A DNA stretch of 64,000 nucleotides from a virus. Lineage: Duplodnaviria; Caudoviricetes. Under the pieces are notes generated by a model, which was given only the letters and a program-made list of their open reading frames with translations, ran no database searches and was not told the origin of the DNA. Shown here piece by piece: positions 9,009 to 20,206 of this stretch. The stretch is from IMG/VR virus record IMGVR_UViG_3300025357_000008, positions 64,001 to 128,000 of that record; one strand, 5' to 3'. A program made the translations under genes and the position numbers. The first letter of the stretch is position 1; every line of letters starts with the position of its first letter.

Positions 9009-12000
9009 ATGCTGAATTTTAATGTCTCTCCATACTATGATGATTTTGACCCATCAAAGAACTACCATCGCATTTTATTTAAACCTGGTTATGCAGTTCA
9101 AGCACGAGAAGTAACACAAGCACAAACAATTTTACAGAATCAAATTTCTGATTTTGCATCTGCAATCTACTCAACAAACACACCGGTTTCAGGTGGGCAA
9201 GTTACAACAAACTTGCAATGTTATTATATTAAATTGAACACAACATACGGTTCAACAACAATTAAAGCATCAGACTTTTTAGGTAAAGTTATTACCGGTA
9301 ACGATGCAAATACGGCAACAATTCAAGCAAAAGTTATTGCAACAGCAGAGGCTACAGGTACTGGCGGTGCCGCAGGTGATCCACCAACATTAGTTGTATC
9401 ATACTTATCAGGACCACAGTTTGGTGATAATATGGTGTTGACAACAATTGACGGTTCAAATTTATTTGCGACTGTTCAAGCATCAACATCAACATCAATT
9501 TCAACAGGTCAGTCTTCTACAGCATCAGTTTCAAACGGTGTTTTCTATATCGTCAACGGCTATTCACAAGCGGCTGATGGAACAGAGTACTCAATCGGTA
9601 ACTTTGTAAACGTTTCTCCACAAACAATCATTCTCGATAAGTATGATAATACACCATCTTATCGTGTCGGCCTTGAAATCACAGAACAAATTATTGATTA
9701 CATCACAGATCCAGCATTATTAGATCCTGCTGTAGGTGCATCAAACTATCAAGCACCAGGTGCAGATAGATATCAAATAACTTTAACTCTAACAACATTA
9801 CCATTGACTCTTGGTAGTGATAGTCAGTTCATTGAATTGTTAAGAATTGATAACGGTAGTGTCGTAAAACAGAATGATACTACTGTGTATTCAGCAATTG
9901 ATGACTACTTCTCAAAACGAGATTTTGAAACAAATGGTGATTATGTTGTAGAAGATTTCAAACTTACACCGGTTGCAAATACAGTCAATTCGGCAAAATA
10001 TGACTTGGGTATTAGTAAAGGTGTTGCGTATGTTCAGGGCTATCGTGTCGAGAATCAATCACAATTAACATTGACTTCAGATAGAGCATTAGCAACATCA
10101 AATATTGCTGGTAGCGAAACATTTATTGATTATGGTAATTATTTAAATGTGGCTGGTGTTAATGGCGACTTCAATGTAACAACATTGCCAAAAATCAATA
10201 TTCATTGCGTTAATACGAATAATGTTGCTCAAGGACAAGGTAGCACAAAATACAACTCAACATTAGTTGGTACTGCTTTCTTAAGAAACTTACAGTTTCA
10301 ACAGGCTAATGGCGGCTCAAACACAGGCTCTTATGTTTTTAATGCATCAATATCAGATATATTAGTAAACACTTTAGGTGCTTATGGTAATTCTTCACTA
10401 TGTACATCAAACACGATTGGTGTTTTTGATACGACAGGTGAATTCTCAGGTGTTGCTAATGCCTATTATGGTGTAACATTGTCTGTTAATTCTGGTTCAA
10501 GTGTTGGTGATGTCAGAACAATTACCAATTATACAGTAAGCGGTAATAACAAATATTTTACAGTCAATCAACCATTCTCTGTTTTACCAGATGCATCATC
10601 AGCATTTACGTTGAATTTCAAGATTGGTGATGCCGATGCAATTGCTATTGCAAACGGTAGTTATTATCTAACTGCTGGTGCTAATGTTGATATTACCACC
10701 GGTAAAACTACCGGTCTATGGACAGGTCAAGCAATTCTTCAGAATCCTGGACAAACAGAGTTAATCTTTCCAATAGGTGCGCCATGGGTTCAAAACGTTT
10801 ATAGTACTAGCTATACTACTACTAAGATTTTCCGCTCTGGCGTTCTTTCTGGTTCATCTGGTCAGTTAAATTTAAGTCTTGGAAGTACACCTTATAAATT
10901 CATTCAAGGTTCTGGTGTAGGTTTTGTTGAAAACAATTTTAACATTGTCAATACTTCATCAGGGGCTTTATTAGATTTCACAACATCAGGCAACACAGTT
11001 GTTGTTAGTTCTGATGGTGTGACGGCAAACATTTCTTCGTCATATTATGCTGGTAATACTGTTGATGTTATTGCAACTGTAAATGTATACAACGGTGACA
11101 GTACATCTATTACAAAAGTTAAAACGACTGTTACAGGTAATAATACAGGTGTTAGTTCAACCGGTGGTACTTCAGGTACTCAACTCAATACAAATACGTA
11201 TGTCGATTTAAATAACGGTCAAGTCTTTATTTCTAAAGCAGGCGTTACAAATTCAAATTGCTTGTATATTTCCGATATTAGAAATATTGTTGCAATCTAT
11301 GATACTAAAAACGTCAACTTAATTACACCTTCAGAAATAAATGCAGGAAATATAATTGGCAACCCTTTGTATGACGTTACAAATCATTTTACATTAGACA
11401 ATGGTCAACGTGATACGTTCTATGATTTTGGTTATGTCAATCTAATTCCTGGTGCTCCTGGTATTATCGGTAACTTGATTGTTGTTTTGAACTACTACTC
11501 ACATACCGGTGGTGACGGATTCTTTACTGGTAATTCATACCCACAATCTGATTATACAATCATACCATCTTACACTTCAAAGTCTAGCGGTATCACATAT
11601 CAACTAAGAGATTCAGTTGACTTCAGACCTACAAGAGTTAATGCACAGACTTCTTACACTTGGAACTATACATCTAGCCCAACAATAAGCCAAAGTTCTG
11701 CTGGTGTTGCTATACCTAGAAACGGTAGTTACTTTAATAATTCTTATAATTTCTATCTTGGTAGAAAAGATAAACTTGTTCTTACAAAAGATAACAGCTT
11801 TAAGATTGTTGAAGGTGTACCATCAATTAATCCAAGACCACCAACAGAGCCAACAGGTTCTCTAGTTCTTGCAAATCTAACTTTAGATCCATATACTGCT
11901 ATTGTTGGTAATCAAACTGTTAATGGTCAGTCAAATCTTTCAATACAGAAAGTTGTTCATAAACGTTGGGCTAAGAGTGATATCACGGACTTAGAAACAA

Positions 12001-14219
12001 GAATCAATAACTTAGAATATTATTCTGCACTAAGTCAACTTGAAGCAACTGCCGCCTCAACCCAAGTATCAGATAGTAATGGTATTTCAAGACCAAACTA
12101 TGGTATTCTTGTTGATTCATTCACATCATTTGCTACAGCGGATACATACAATCCAGATTTTGCGGCAAACATCAATATTCGAACAAATCGTTTGTCTCCT
12201 GCCGCATTAGTTGATAACTATCAATTACAAAATCCTACAGTAATGGCCTCATTAGGTACATTAGCAAACACTTATGATTTTGCAATCTCTAGTATCTCTG
12301 GTACTGGAACAAACATCTTTACATTACCATATACTACAGCAAATCTTATTGTTCAACCTCTTGCAAGTAGTGCAGTATCAGTTAATCCTTTCAACGTTAT
12401 TGTTGACAAAGGTGTTGCATCGTTGACACCACCTATTGACAATTGGGTTGATAATCAACAAGTTGTGCCAGTAGTTACACAGACACAAGCCACAGCAGTT
12501 AATCAACAGGCTTTTGGTAAAACCTTGACTAACATGGGCGACTTTGCATCAATTCCTGGTACTTCAAGTGTAACAATTACATCATTGAATTCTACTGGAA
12601 ATACTGCAACATATGCAAGTCAATTAAGTACAACAACGTCTTCAATTAGCACACCAGCCGCATTGAATACTGTTAACGGATACTTGGTTAACGACACAAT
12701 TTTACCATATATTAGACCACAACAAATTATTGTTGAAGCAAAAGGTCTGTTAGCAAACCAAAACGTACATTGCTGGTTTGATGGTATAAATGTTGACAAG
12801 TATATGATTGCCCCAAACACAATCGAATTGCAGAATGTACATGGTTCTTTCCAAGTAGATGACATTATAGGTTATTATCAATCTGGTTCACAATCATTCT
12901 ATCCATCTGGTCGTGTTATGAACGTGTATAACTATCCAGGTACATCAAACACTAGATTGTATGTGTCAGACTTTATGAGACTTGCTAATAGAGCAAATTT
13001 AGCATCACCTCAGTTGTATAATGGTATGTTTGATGCTAATGGTGATTATATTGCCAACAGTTGGACCGCATATGGTACACCAGTAAATGCGTCCGTAATT
13101 TCTATGGCAACATCAGGTACAGTCTCTGGTGTTGGTGGTGCATACACGACAGCAGTAGGACCTACTTATAGCGGTAACTTATATAAAATGAACTATGGTG
13201 CACAGAACTTCTCAGATTTCTTAAACACAAATGGTGTTTGGGATGTAAGTAATGCCACTGGTTCATTAACAACATTTAATGCCACTTTCCCAATTTTCTT
13301 CCCAATAGGAACTGGAAACACATATGTAATGACTGCACAATGTAATGGTACTGCAACGGTTAGTGTTAACAATGCAACAATCGTAACATTATCAGCAGGA
13401 ACATATGGACAAAATCAACAAACTAAAGTCACATTTAACCCAACACAGAACGTATTAAGTAACATTAGTATTTCTGCTACATGTTCAGATGGTGTGCCAA
13501 GTATTGCAGTTGTTGTTACAGACCCAACTACAAATACCGTAATTTGGAACGCAACACAACCTCAAGGTATGACATATGCCGGTTCTGGTCAACAAATTGC
13601 AATGCCATATGGCGGTATATTATTTACCGGTGCAACAAAAGTTAAATTAGATCCTACAATATCAAGTACACTTGATTTCACGGGTTCACAAATTAACTTC
13701 TTTACAAAAGAAGTTACTCAAACAGAGTCATTGACTACATGGACTCCTCCACCAGCCACACCATCTGGAAGTTCTGGTGGTTCAACATCAATTGCAGGTG
13801 CACCAGGAAGTTGGTTCATACAATTAGATACTGCAATTTGGGGAGCAAATTCACCATGGACTAAAGTTGATTCGGCAATTGTACATGCCGGAACAGCAGT
13901 TCTTGGTGCTGTTAGCAACGTAGTAAATACTGTTTCCCATGATGTCACTAACATTGTAAACAAAGTTTCATCATGGTTCTCTGATAGACGTTTGAAACGC
14001 TCTATTAAATATATCAAGACACTTGATAATGGAATTAAAATTTACAGTTTCAAATATTTGTGGAGTAATCAAACCTTTGTTGGTGTGATGGCTCAAGATT
14101 TAATTGGTACTGAATTCGAATCTGCTATTAAAACACACATAGGTATCTACATAGTTGACTATAGTAAACTTGGTTTTAATATGATGACTCTTGAAGAATA
14201 TGAAGCAACAACCGTATAA
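9009..14219 (+). CDS. VrlC/DUF4815-like virion protein, N-terminal part, ending in a peptidase-S74-like intramolecular chaperone domain
   Basis: NVSPYYDDFDPSKNYHRILFKPGYAVQARE, APGADRY, LDNGQRD, RINNLEYY; C-terminal SDRRLK...GVMAQDL...VDYSKL. Confidence 0.82.
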   Translation: MLNFNVSPYYDDFDPSKNYHRILFKPGYAVQAREVTQAQTILQNQISDFASAIYSTNTPVSGGQVTTNLQCYYIKLNTTYGSTTIKASDFLGKVITGNDANTATIQAKVIATAEATGTGGAAGDPPTLVVSYLSGPQFGDNMVLTTIDGSNLFATVQASTSTSISTGQSSTASVSNGVFYIVNGYSQAADGTEYSIGNFVNVSPQTIILDKYDNTPSYRVGLEITEQIIDYITDPALLDPAVGASNYQAPGADRYQITLTLTTLPLTLGSDSQFIELLRIDNGSVVKQNDTTVYSAIDDYFSKRDFETNGDYVVEDFKLTPVANTVNSAKYDLGISKGVAYVQGYRVENQSQLTLTSDRALATSNIAGSETFIDYGNYLNVAGVNGDFNVTTLPKINIHCVNTNNVAQGQGSTKYNSTLVGTAFLRNLQFQQANGGSNTGSYVFNASISDILVNTLGAYGNSSLCTSNTIGVFDTTGEFSGVANAYYGVTLSVNSGSSVGDVRTITNYTVSGNNKYFTVNQPFSVLPDASSAFTLNFKIGDADAIAIANGSYYLTAGANVDITTGKTTGLWTGQAILQNPGQTELIFPIGAPWVQNVYSTSYTTTKIFRSGVLSGSSGQLNLSLGSTPYKFIQGSGVGFVENNFNIVNTSSGALLDFTTSGNTVVVSSDGVTANISSSYYAGNTVDVIATVNVYNGDSTSITKVKTTVTGNNTGVSSTGGTSGTQLNTNTYVDLNNGQVFISKAGVTNSNCLYISDIRNIVAIYDTKNVNLITPSEINAGNIIGNPLYDVTNHFTLDNGQRDTFYDFGYVNLIPGAPGIIGNLIVVLNYYSHTGGDGFFTGNSYPQSDYTIIPSYTSKSSGITYQLRDSVDFRPTRVNAQTSYTWNYTSSPTISQSSAGVAIPRNGSYFNNSYNFYLGRKDKLVLTKDNSFKIVEGVPSINPRPPTEPTGSLVLANLTLDPYTAIVGNQTVNGQSNLSIQKVVHKRWAKSDITDLETRINNLEYYSALSQLEATAASTQVSDSNGISRPNYGILVDSFTSFATADTYNPDFAANINIRTNRLSPAALVDNYQLQNPTVMASLGTLANTYDFAISSISGTGTNIFTLPYTTANLIVQPLASSAVSVNPFNVIVDKGVASLTPPIDNWVDNQQVVPVVTQTQATAVNQQAFGKTLTNMGDFASIPGTSSVTITSLNSTGNTATYASQLSTTTSSISTPAALNTVNGYLVNDTILPYIRPQQIIVEAKGLLANQNVHCWFDGINVDKYMIAPNTIELQNVHGSFQVDDIIGYYQSGSQSFYPSGRVMNVYNYPGTSNTRLYVSDFMRLANRANLASPQLYNGMFDANGDYIANSWTAYGTPVNASVISMATSGTVSGVGGAYTTAVGPTYSGNLYKMNYGAQNFSDFLNTNGVWDVSNATGSLTTFNATFPIFFPIGTGNTYVMTAQCNGTATVSVNNATIVTLSAGTYGQNQQTKVTFNPTQNVLSNISISATCSDGVPSIAVVVTDPTTNTVIWNATQPQGMTYAGSGQQIAMPYGGILFTGATKVKLDPTISSTLDFTGSQINFFTKEVTQTESLTTWTPPPATPSGSSGGSTSIAGAPGSWFIQLDTAIWGANSPWTKVDSAIVHAGTAVLGAVSNVVNTVSHDVTNIVNKVSSWFSDRRLKRSIKYIKTLDNGIKIYSFKYLWSNQTFVGVMAQDLIGTEFESAIKTHIGIYIVDYSKLGFNMMTLEEYEATTV

Positions 14220-14234
14220 CTTGGAAGAAAATAA

Positions 14235-16415
14235 ATGACATCAGCCGTAACAACGCAATCAACAGTAAATCAATCAGCAACGATTACTGCATTTGATCCG
14301 ACAACGAGAGTTGCAACACTTTCTCAGCCAGTAAATTTATCATTAGGATATAATCAAAATTTTGGTGATATCACAACGACATATAATATTGTTGGTACAA
14401 ATTATAATATGTCTCATGCTTTAACAAATGGTGGATTGCCACAGTTGTCAACCGATGAGCAAGGTAATTTTAATGCTATCTTCAATGTACCATCAAACAC
14501 ATTTCAGATTGGTACTAGAGTTTTTCGAATTGATAATAGATTAAATGTTGGTGATACTGATGGTACTTCAGCAACAACTTATGCCGAAGCAACATTTACT
14601 GCATCTGGTCTTCAAATCAATGCAACTCAAGCAAATTTTGCGCCTTCTTTAGATTCTAGTGCATCAACATATGTACCGACAACTACTATTAATAGTCAAT
14701 CAGTTTTAGGTAATCAGACAGCGGCATTCTCACCTTTTGATCCTATTGCACAATCATTCATTGTTTCTAAAGATAATTACCCTAATGGTGTATTTTTAAG
14801 TTCTGTCAAGTTATTTTTCCAAAACAAACCAGCAACAAATATACCGATTACTGTTTCTCTTGTTGCAACTTTAAATGGTGTACCTAACGGTCAAACGTTA
14901 GACTATTCCACAGTCACATTGTTCCCAAATCAAGTTAAAGTTTCACAAACACCACAGTATCTTGATGCTAATACAGCAACTACATTTACATTTAATGCTC
15001 CGGTTTATGTACAACCTGGTGTATTGTATGCTATTTTAATTAATTCTAGAACATCAGATTATACTTTATGGTACGGTCAACAGAATTCTTCTGCATTACC
15101 TTCTACTGCAAAAGCAAAACCTTCAGACCCAAATCCATCAAACCCAACAAGAATCGGTGCCGCACCTTATGTTGGTGGTCTATTTGAATCACAAAATGCT
15201 CTGCAATGGTCTGTTGACCAAACTAAAGATTTAATGTTTGTAATTGACCAATGCGTTTTCAATACTAATATTACAGGAATTATACCATTCGATTTACCTT
15301 ATGGTGCTCCTTATAGAAAACTTGGTATTAATGATGTTAGACATAAGAGCGATCCTGCTATAGTATCACAAGTTATGGGTAACTATTCACAAGTATCTGA
15401 AATTGACGAATTCAACGTCACTACTACAGAATTTGTACCGACACAAACTAAAACATCTTATACATATCAATCAATACTTGCTGATGGTACAAAGACCACT
15501 ACAGCAACAGTTATACCTGGTAATTATGCAACACCGACATATCAAAATATTAAATTGAATGATGGTTTAGGTGCAAGATTTGTAAATCCTAATTCTAATT
15601 CTTCATTCGTTATGACTGCAACATTGTCATCTAATGATCCTAATGTAAGTCCTATCATCTCCGATGACGGAATGACTCTGTATACGATAACATATGCTAT
15701 CAATAATATGGGTCTTTCAAACAATGTTATTCAAGTTTTAAATGCTGGTACAGGCTATTCAACAAATACATATGCAACAGTTTCAGCACCTGACGTTGCC
15801 GGTGGTGTTCAATCCGCAGTCGGTGTAAACTTAGACACTAATGGTAATGTTACTTCTGTATATGTTCAAACTCAAGGTAGCGGTTATATTAAAACACCGA
15901 CAATCACAATTATCGACCAAAACAATACACGTGGCGGTAACGCTAACGCATCTATCGTAGTTGGTGGTGAAACATCATCATCTGGTGGTAACAGTCGTGC
16001 AAAGTATTTTACTAAGCCAGTTATCCTACAACCAGGAAATGATTCTGGTGACTTAAGAGTTTATTGTACTGCTTATCAACCAGTAGGAACAGCAATCTAT
16101 GTATACTATAAGATTCTAAGTTCACAAGATACATCAACATTTGCATCACAAAATTGGCAATTAATGACACCAACAACAAACGCCAACAATTTTGCAAGCG
16201 TTCAGGATCAATTAATTGAATATGAATATGCTCCTGGTATTTTTGGTTCTGGTCAAGCAAACAACAGCATTTCTTATTTGAGTACAAACGGTACGACATA
16301 CAATAACTTCATTCAATTTGCAATCAAAGTTGTAATGGCTTCAAGCGATGCAACAAACGTACCTTATCTAAATGATATTCGTGCGATTGCATTACCACCA
16401 GGTACGAGAATCTAA
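14235..16415 (+). CDS. VrlC/DUF4815-like virion protein, C-terminal part
   Basis: DPIAQSF, GVFLSSVKLFF, GGLFESQN..W..DQTKDLMF, FAIKVVM, DIRAIAL motifs typical of the C-terminal half; same reading frame as 9009. Confidence 0.8.
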   Translation: MTSAVTTQSTVNQSATITAFDPTTRVATLSQPVNLSLGYNQNFGDITTTYNIVGTNYNMSHALTNGGLPQLSTDEQGNFNAIFNVPSNTFQIGTRVFRIDNRLNVGDTDGTSATTYAEATFTASGLQINATQANFAPSLDSSASTYVPTTTINSQSVLGNQTAAFSPFDPIAQSFIVSKDNYPNGVFLSSVKLFFQNKPATNIPITVSLVATLNGVPNGQTLDYSTVTLFPNQVKVSQTPQYLDANTATTFTFNAPVYVQPGVLYAILINSRTSDYTLWYGQQNSSALPSTAKAKPSDPNPSNPTRIGAAPYVGGLFESQNALQWSVDQTKDLMFVIDQCVFNTNITGIIPFDLPYGAPYRKLGINDVRHKSDPAIVSQVMGNYSQVSEIDEFNVTTTEFVPTQTKTSYTYQSILADGTKTTTATVIPGNYATPTYQNIKLNDGLGARFVNPNSNSSFVMTATLSSNDPNVSPIISDDGMTLYTITYAINNMGLSNNVIQVLNAGTGYSTNTYATVSAPDVAGGVQSAVGVNLDTNGNVTSVYVQTQGSGYIKTPTITIIDQNNTRGGNANASIVVGGETSSSGGNSRAKYFTKPVILQPGNDSGDLRVYCTAYQPVGTAIYVYYKILSSQDTSTFASQNWQLMTPTTNANNFASVQDQLIEYEYAPGIFGSGQANNSISYLSTNGTTYNNFIQFAIKVVMASSDATNVPYLNDIRAIALPPGTRI

Positions 16416-16416
16416 T

Positions 16417-16635
16417 ATGTTAGTAAAAGTAGAAGGAACTTCTTATGTGAGAGACATCAATACGATGGCTCTCATTAACACTAATGTCGCAGAAAAAAAT
16501 GATTATCTTTCTAAAATCACAATGATGAAGACTCAAAAAGAAGAAATAAATACCGTGAAGAATGAAATAGATTCAATCAAAAATGATATGAAAGAGATTA
16601 AAGAATTACTTTTGGCTATGAATAATAACAAATAA
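16417..16635 (+). CDS. Small coiled-coil protein following the VrlC-like gene
   Basis: MLVKVEG..YVRD..TMALIN followed by heptads; ATG 16417 lies 1 nt after the upstream TAA and is preferred over the track start at 16372. Confidence 0.75.
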   Translation: MLVKVEGTSYVRDINTMALINTNVAEKNDYLSKITMMKTQKEEINTVKNEIDSIKNDMKEIKELLLAMNNNK

Positions 16636-16643
16636 AGGTCCAA

Positions 16644-19580
16644 ATGGCTACGATTTTTACAGCAACAATTTTACCAACTCTAACATATGCAAATACTTTT
16701 GTAGATTGGTTTACAACAACGAATACAATTGTTGTTGATTTTAATAACTTCTCTGCTAATGCATATGCAAAAAACACAGGTACTCTGTATCTTAATGAGG
16801 CTACTACTGCTTTAGTTGTAGGTAACGGTGTTGCACAATTCGGTAATCAAGTTCAGATTACTGGTACAGGTTCTTATCTAACAGTTGATAATAATATTGT
16901 AATGAACTATGGACAGTTGGTAGTTTCAAATGCCAACTCAAGTATTATTGCTTCTGGTGTCGTACAAGTCGGTAATACAGTATATGCTAATGGTGCTAAT
17001 ACAGGTTTGTTTGTTGCTAACAATGCAACTTTAAATTCAAACGCATACATTACAGGTAACGCATATTTTGGTAAACAAATTTTTGTTACCGGCCCTGTTA
17101 CTCTTAACGCATTAACTGTTCAAGGTACCACATCAATACAAAACACTTTGACGATTAGCGGTACAACAAACGTTAATAATACTCTTACTGCAACCGGTAA
17201 CGTAAATGCTTTATGGTTCAATGCGACAAACGGACTTACTGGTACTCTTGCAAACATTAGCGGTTATGCTAACTCTGGTCGTTTAGCTACAACATTAACT
17301 GGTCAGATTGGTACTCAGTTGTATGTTGGTGATTCAATCTATACAACAAATAGCACATTCGCAAATATAAACTATTCTAATACAGTTGTTGCTAACACAT
17401 CTGTAACGTCAAATGTCATCACAGCAAATACAATTCAAGGAAACTTGAATGTCAATACTGCAACTGTAACTGCATCTGTTGGTAATATTGTTTCTTTAAA
17501 TGCAACTACTATTACAACAGGTAGTTTGTATGCTAACAATATTACAGCATATCAAAATTTAAACGCTAACAATGAATATGCAAACGTAATCGTTGCTAAT
17601 ACATCTATTCTCACACCAGCATTAAATGTTTCGGTATCGTTGACAGCAAATACTGCTAATGCATACTTCAGTAATGTATTCGCAACAAACTTAACATTGA
17701 GTGGTAATCTTGCAATCAGTTACCCAATTGTTTCAACATCAAATTCATTTACATTAAACGCTAACAATACCACAGCAACACCTTTTGCACAGTTTGTTAT
17801 CAATCGTGGTACAGGTTCTAATACTGCACAAATTCAATGGTATGAATCTGGTAAACAATGGCAGATTAATGATGTAACAACAAATCAGTTCTATTCAATT
17901 CTAACTTCTGAAGTTGCAAACAGTAGCCTAGTATTAAATAGTACATCTAATATTGCAACATCTCAAGCAGTCTATACTGCAAATCTATTTGCTCAAGCCG
18001 CATTTAACGTTGCAAATGCCGCATATACATCTGCAAATAACGTTGCCCCACAGATTCAACCTGCATTTAATCAAGCAAACTCTGCTTCAAATATTGCCAA
18101 TTCAGCATTTGCAGAAGCTAATATTGTATACACATTAGCAAACACAATAAGCAACACTACTAACTCAGCATACGCAAGAGCAAATGCATCCGCTAATTTG
18201 TTTACTGCAAACGGTAATACAGCATCACCAAGCAACGGCGGTATATCTTTTGCAAGCCTTTACGGTGAGTCTATCAATGCCTCAGGCAATACAATTACGA
18301 TTGGCACTTCACAAGATTTAAGGTCTTCTGCATCACCAACATTCAACACACTAACACTAACAGGCAACTTAGCAGTCGGACAAGGTGGTACAGGTTCTAC
18401 AACAGCCGCTGGTGCTGTTCAAAATCTATTACCTGCAAACACTAATCAAATCGGTTTCTTCTTGCAGACAACAGGTCCTGGTAACTTTGGATGGATTTCT
18501 AATACTGCTAACAGTCTTGCTTATACAGTACCTACTGGTGTTGCGGCAACTAATAATAACGTTCAACTAGCATTGAATGATTTGTATTTTAACAAAGCAA
18601 ACTTAGCATCACCACAGTTTACTGGAACACCTAATTCAGTAACTCAAGCAACTACAACACAGAATACTACTATTGCAACTACTGGCTTTGTAGGTGCTCT
18701 CGCAAACTCTGGTTATTATTTCTCTCACAATATTACCGGTACTGCTCAGTACGCAAACAATTTATATCAAACAACATATAGTACAGCAGGTAGTGTTCCT
18801 TATCAATCCGCTCAAGGTACAACAGCATTTACTGCCGCTGGTGCAACATCTCAAGTTCTGATTGGTGGTACTTCACCATCATGGCTGAATATGAGTTCTA
18901 TGACAGTCGGTGCCGCTACTCTTGCAAATGCAACATCTAATATTGCCGGTGGTGGTGCAGGTCAGATACCATATAACACAGCATATGGTGCGACATCATT
19001 TATTGGTGCCGGTACTGCTGGTCAAGTTTTAGTTTCTGCTGGTACAGGAACACCAGTGTGGTCAAGTTCCGTACAGCAAAGTTCAGTCACAGCATCTGGC
19101 GCTGGTATATTTTCAACTTTAACATCTAACAATGCAGTAAATGCAGTTAGCATTAATGCAACAACTTCAGCAAATATTGCAAACGTCACAGCAAGTTTCA
19201 TCACTAATACTGGTAACTATTATAGTGGCGGATTAATCAGCGTAGTCGGTAATATTATTGCTTACTCTGGTTCTGATAGAAAATGGAAAGAAAATATCAG
19301 AGACATTGAAGGTGCTCTTGATATTGTTGATGCTGTTGGTGGTAAATTATTTGATTGGACAGATGAATATATTGCACAGAATGGTGGTCTGAATGATTAT
19401 TCAATGCAGAAATCTGATTTCGGTGTTGTTGCTCAAGACCTGAGAGAAGTTTTCCCAGTTGCAACAAGGGTAAGACCAGACGGCTCTCTTGCAGTTGACT
19501 ATGAAAAATTATGTGCTGTAGCATTTGCCGCTATCAAAGATTTACGTGCAGAAGTTGAAGCATTAAAGCAATCAAAGTAA
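16644..19580 (+). CDS. Tail fibre with C-terminal peptidase-S74 chaperone
   Basis: ANTFVDWF N-terminus; beta-rich shaft; SDRKWKENI (from 19272)...GVVAQDL...VDYEKL plus terminal coiled coil. Confidence 0.82.
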   Translation: MATIFTATILPTLTYANTFVDWFTTTNTIVVDFNNFSANAYAKNTGTLYLNEATTALVVGNGVAQFGNQVQITGTGSYLTVDNNIVMNYGQLVVSNANSSIIASGVVQVGNTVYANGANTGLFVANNATLNSNAYITGNAYFGKQIFVTGPVTLNALTVQGTTSIQNTLTISGTTNVNNTLTATGNVNALWFNATNGLTGTLANISGYANSGRLATTLTGQIGTQLYVGDSIYTTNSTFANINYSNTVVANTSVTSNVITANTIQGNLNVNTATVTASVGNIVSLNATTITTGSLYANNITAYQNLNANNEYANVIVANTSILTPALNVSVSLTANTANAYFSNVFATNLTLSGNLAISYPIVSTSNSFTLNANNTTATPFAQFVINRGTGSNTAQIQWYESGKQWQINDVTTNQFYSILTSEVANSSLVLNSTSNIATSQAVYTANLFAQAAFNVANAAYTSANNVAPQIQPAFNQANSASNIANSAFAEANIVYTLANTISNTTNSAYARANASANLFTANGNTASPSNGGISFASLYGESINASGNTITIGTSQDLRSSASPTFNTLTLTGNLAVGQGGTGSTTAAGAVQNLLPANTNQIGFFLQTTGPGNFGWISNTANSLAYTVPTGVAATNNNVQLALNDLYFNKANLASPQFTGTPNSVTQATTTQNTTIATTGFVGALANSGYYFSHNITGTAQYANNLYQTTYSTAGSVPYQSAQGTTAFTAAGATSQVLIGGTSPSWLNMSSMTVGAATLANATSNIAGGGAGQIPYNTAYGATSFIGAGTAGQVLVSAGTGTPVWSSSVQQSSVTASGAGIFSTLTSNNAVNAVSINATTSANIANVTASFITNTGNYYSGGLISVVGNIIAYSGSDRKWKENIRDIEGALDIVDAVGGKLFDWTDEYIAQNGGLNDYSMQKSDFGVVAQDLREVFPVATRVRPDGSLAVDYEKLCAVAFAAIKDLRAEVEALKQSK

Positions 19581-19589
19581 TCCTCTCTT

Positions 19590-19597
19590 ACTAAATA
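19590..19597 (+). promoter_or_regulatory. Late promoter core ACTAAATA
   Basis: Intergenic TAAATA upstream of 19625. Confidence 0.55.
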
Positions 19598-19624
19598 GAG
19601 TAAGAACAATTAGAATAAGAAAAC

Positions 19625-19978
19625 ATGGCCGCAGGATATCAAAATCTCTACCTAGAACAAGGTGCATCTTTTGCATTTACAATCACATTAGATGATGTAT
19701 ATGGAGAGGCCTACTCTCTTTCTGGCGCCAATGTGTATAGTAAAATGAGGTATTCTTACTATACACCTAACGTAGCGGCAACTTTTGCCACAACAATTTC
19801 GGCAAATACAGGTCAAGTTACGTTTTCTTTAGACTCAGCCAATACGGCAAACATCACACCAGGTCGTTATGTATACGATGCTGTGCTTTCTTTCTACGCT
19901 GGTAGTGGTCAAGCGAACACAGTCATTAGAATCCTTGAAGGAATTGCAGAAGTTGCTCCTGGTGTAACATCGGGGTAA
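19625..19978 (+). CDS. Small Ig-like virion/fibre attachment protein
   Basis: LYLEQGASF...GRYVYD...RILEG...PGVT pattern seen in T4-like fibre loci; 117 aa. Confidence 0.65.
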   Translation: MAAGYQNLYLEQGASFAFTITLDDVYGEAYSLSGANVYSKMRYSYYTPNVAATFATTISANTGQVTFSLDSANTANITPGRYVYDAVLSFYAGSGQANTVIRILEGIAEVAPGVTSG

Positions 19979-19981
19979 CAT

Positions 19982-20206
19982 ATGGCAACTAATCCACCTT
20001 CATCAGTCAAAGTAACCATTGGTCAAAACACACCAAAAGTAACTGCGGTTTCTTATGGTGGTCTTCGTTCGCTTGCAGGTTCAACAGATTTGAATCTTGC
20101 CGGTGCTCAAGACGGTGACGTTATTGTTTACTCGCAATCACAGAAATTGTTTTACGTTGAAAATATTGGCAACGCTATTACATCTATTGATAACGGATAC
20201 TTTTAA
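19982..20206 (+). CDS. Small virion protein ending in DNGYF
   Basis: 74-aa ORF; TAATG overlap with the next gene. Confidence 0.65.
   Translation: MATNPPSSVKVTIGQNTPKVTAVSYGGLRSLAGSTDLNLAGAQDGDVIVYSQSQKLFYVENIGNAITSIDNGYF

Noticed and set aside
2440-15960. Repeated I...G.GY modules in gp6, gp7, gp8 and the VrlC-like C-terminal part
   Set aside because: Real, but a familiar feature of non-T-even T4-like baseplate proteins, so not counted as novel.
16372-16416. Track start at 16372
   Set aside because: It overlaps the upstream gene; ATG 16417 directly after the TAA fits the coupling pattern.
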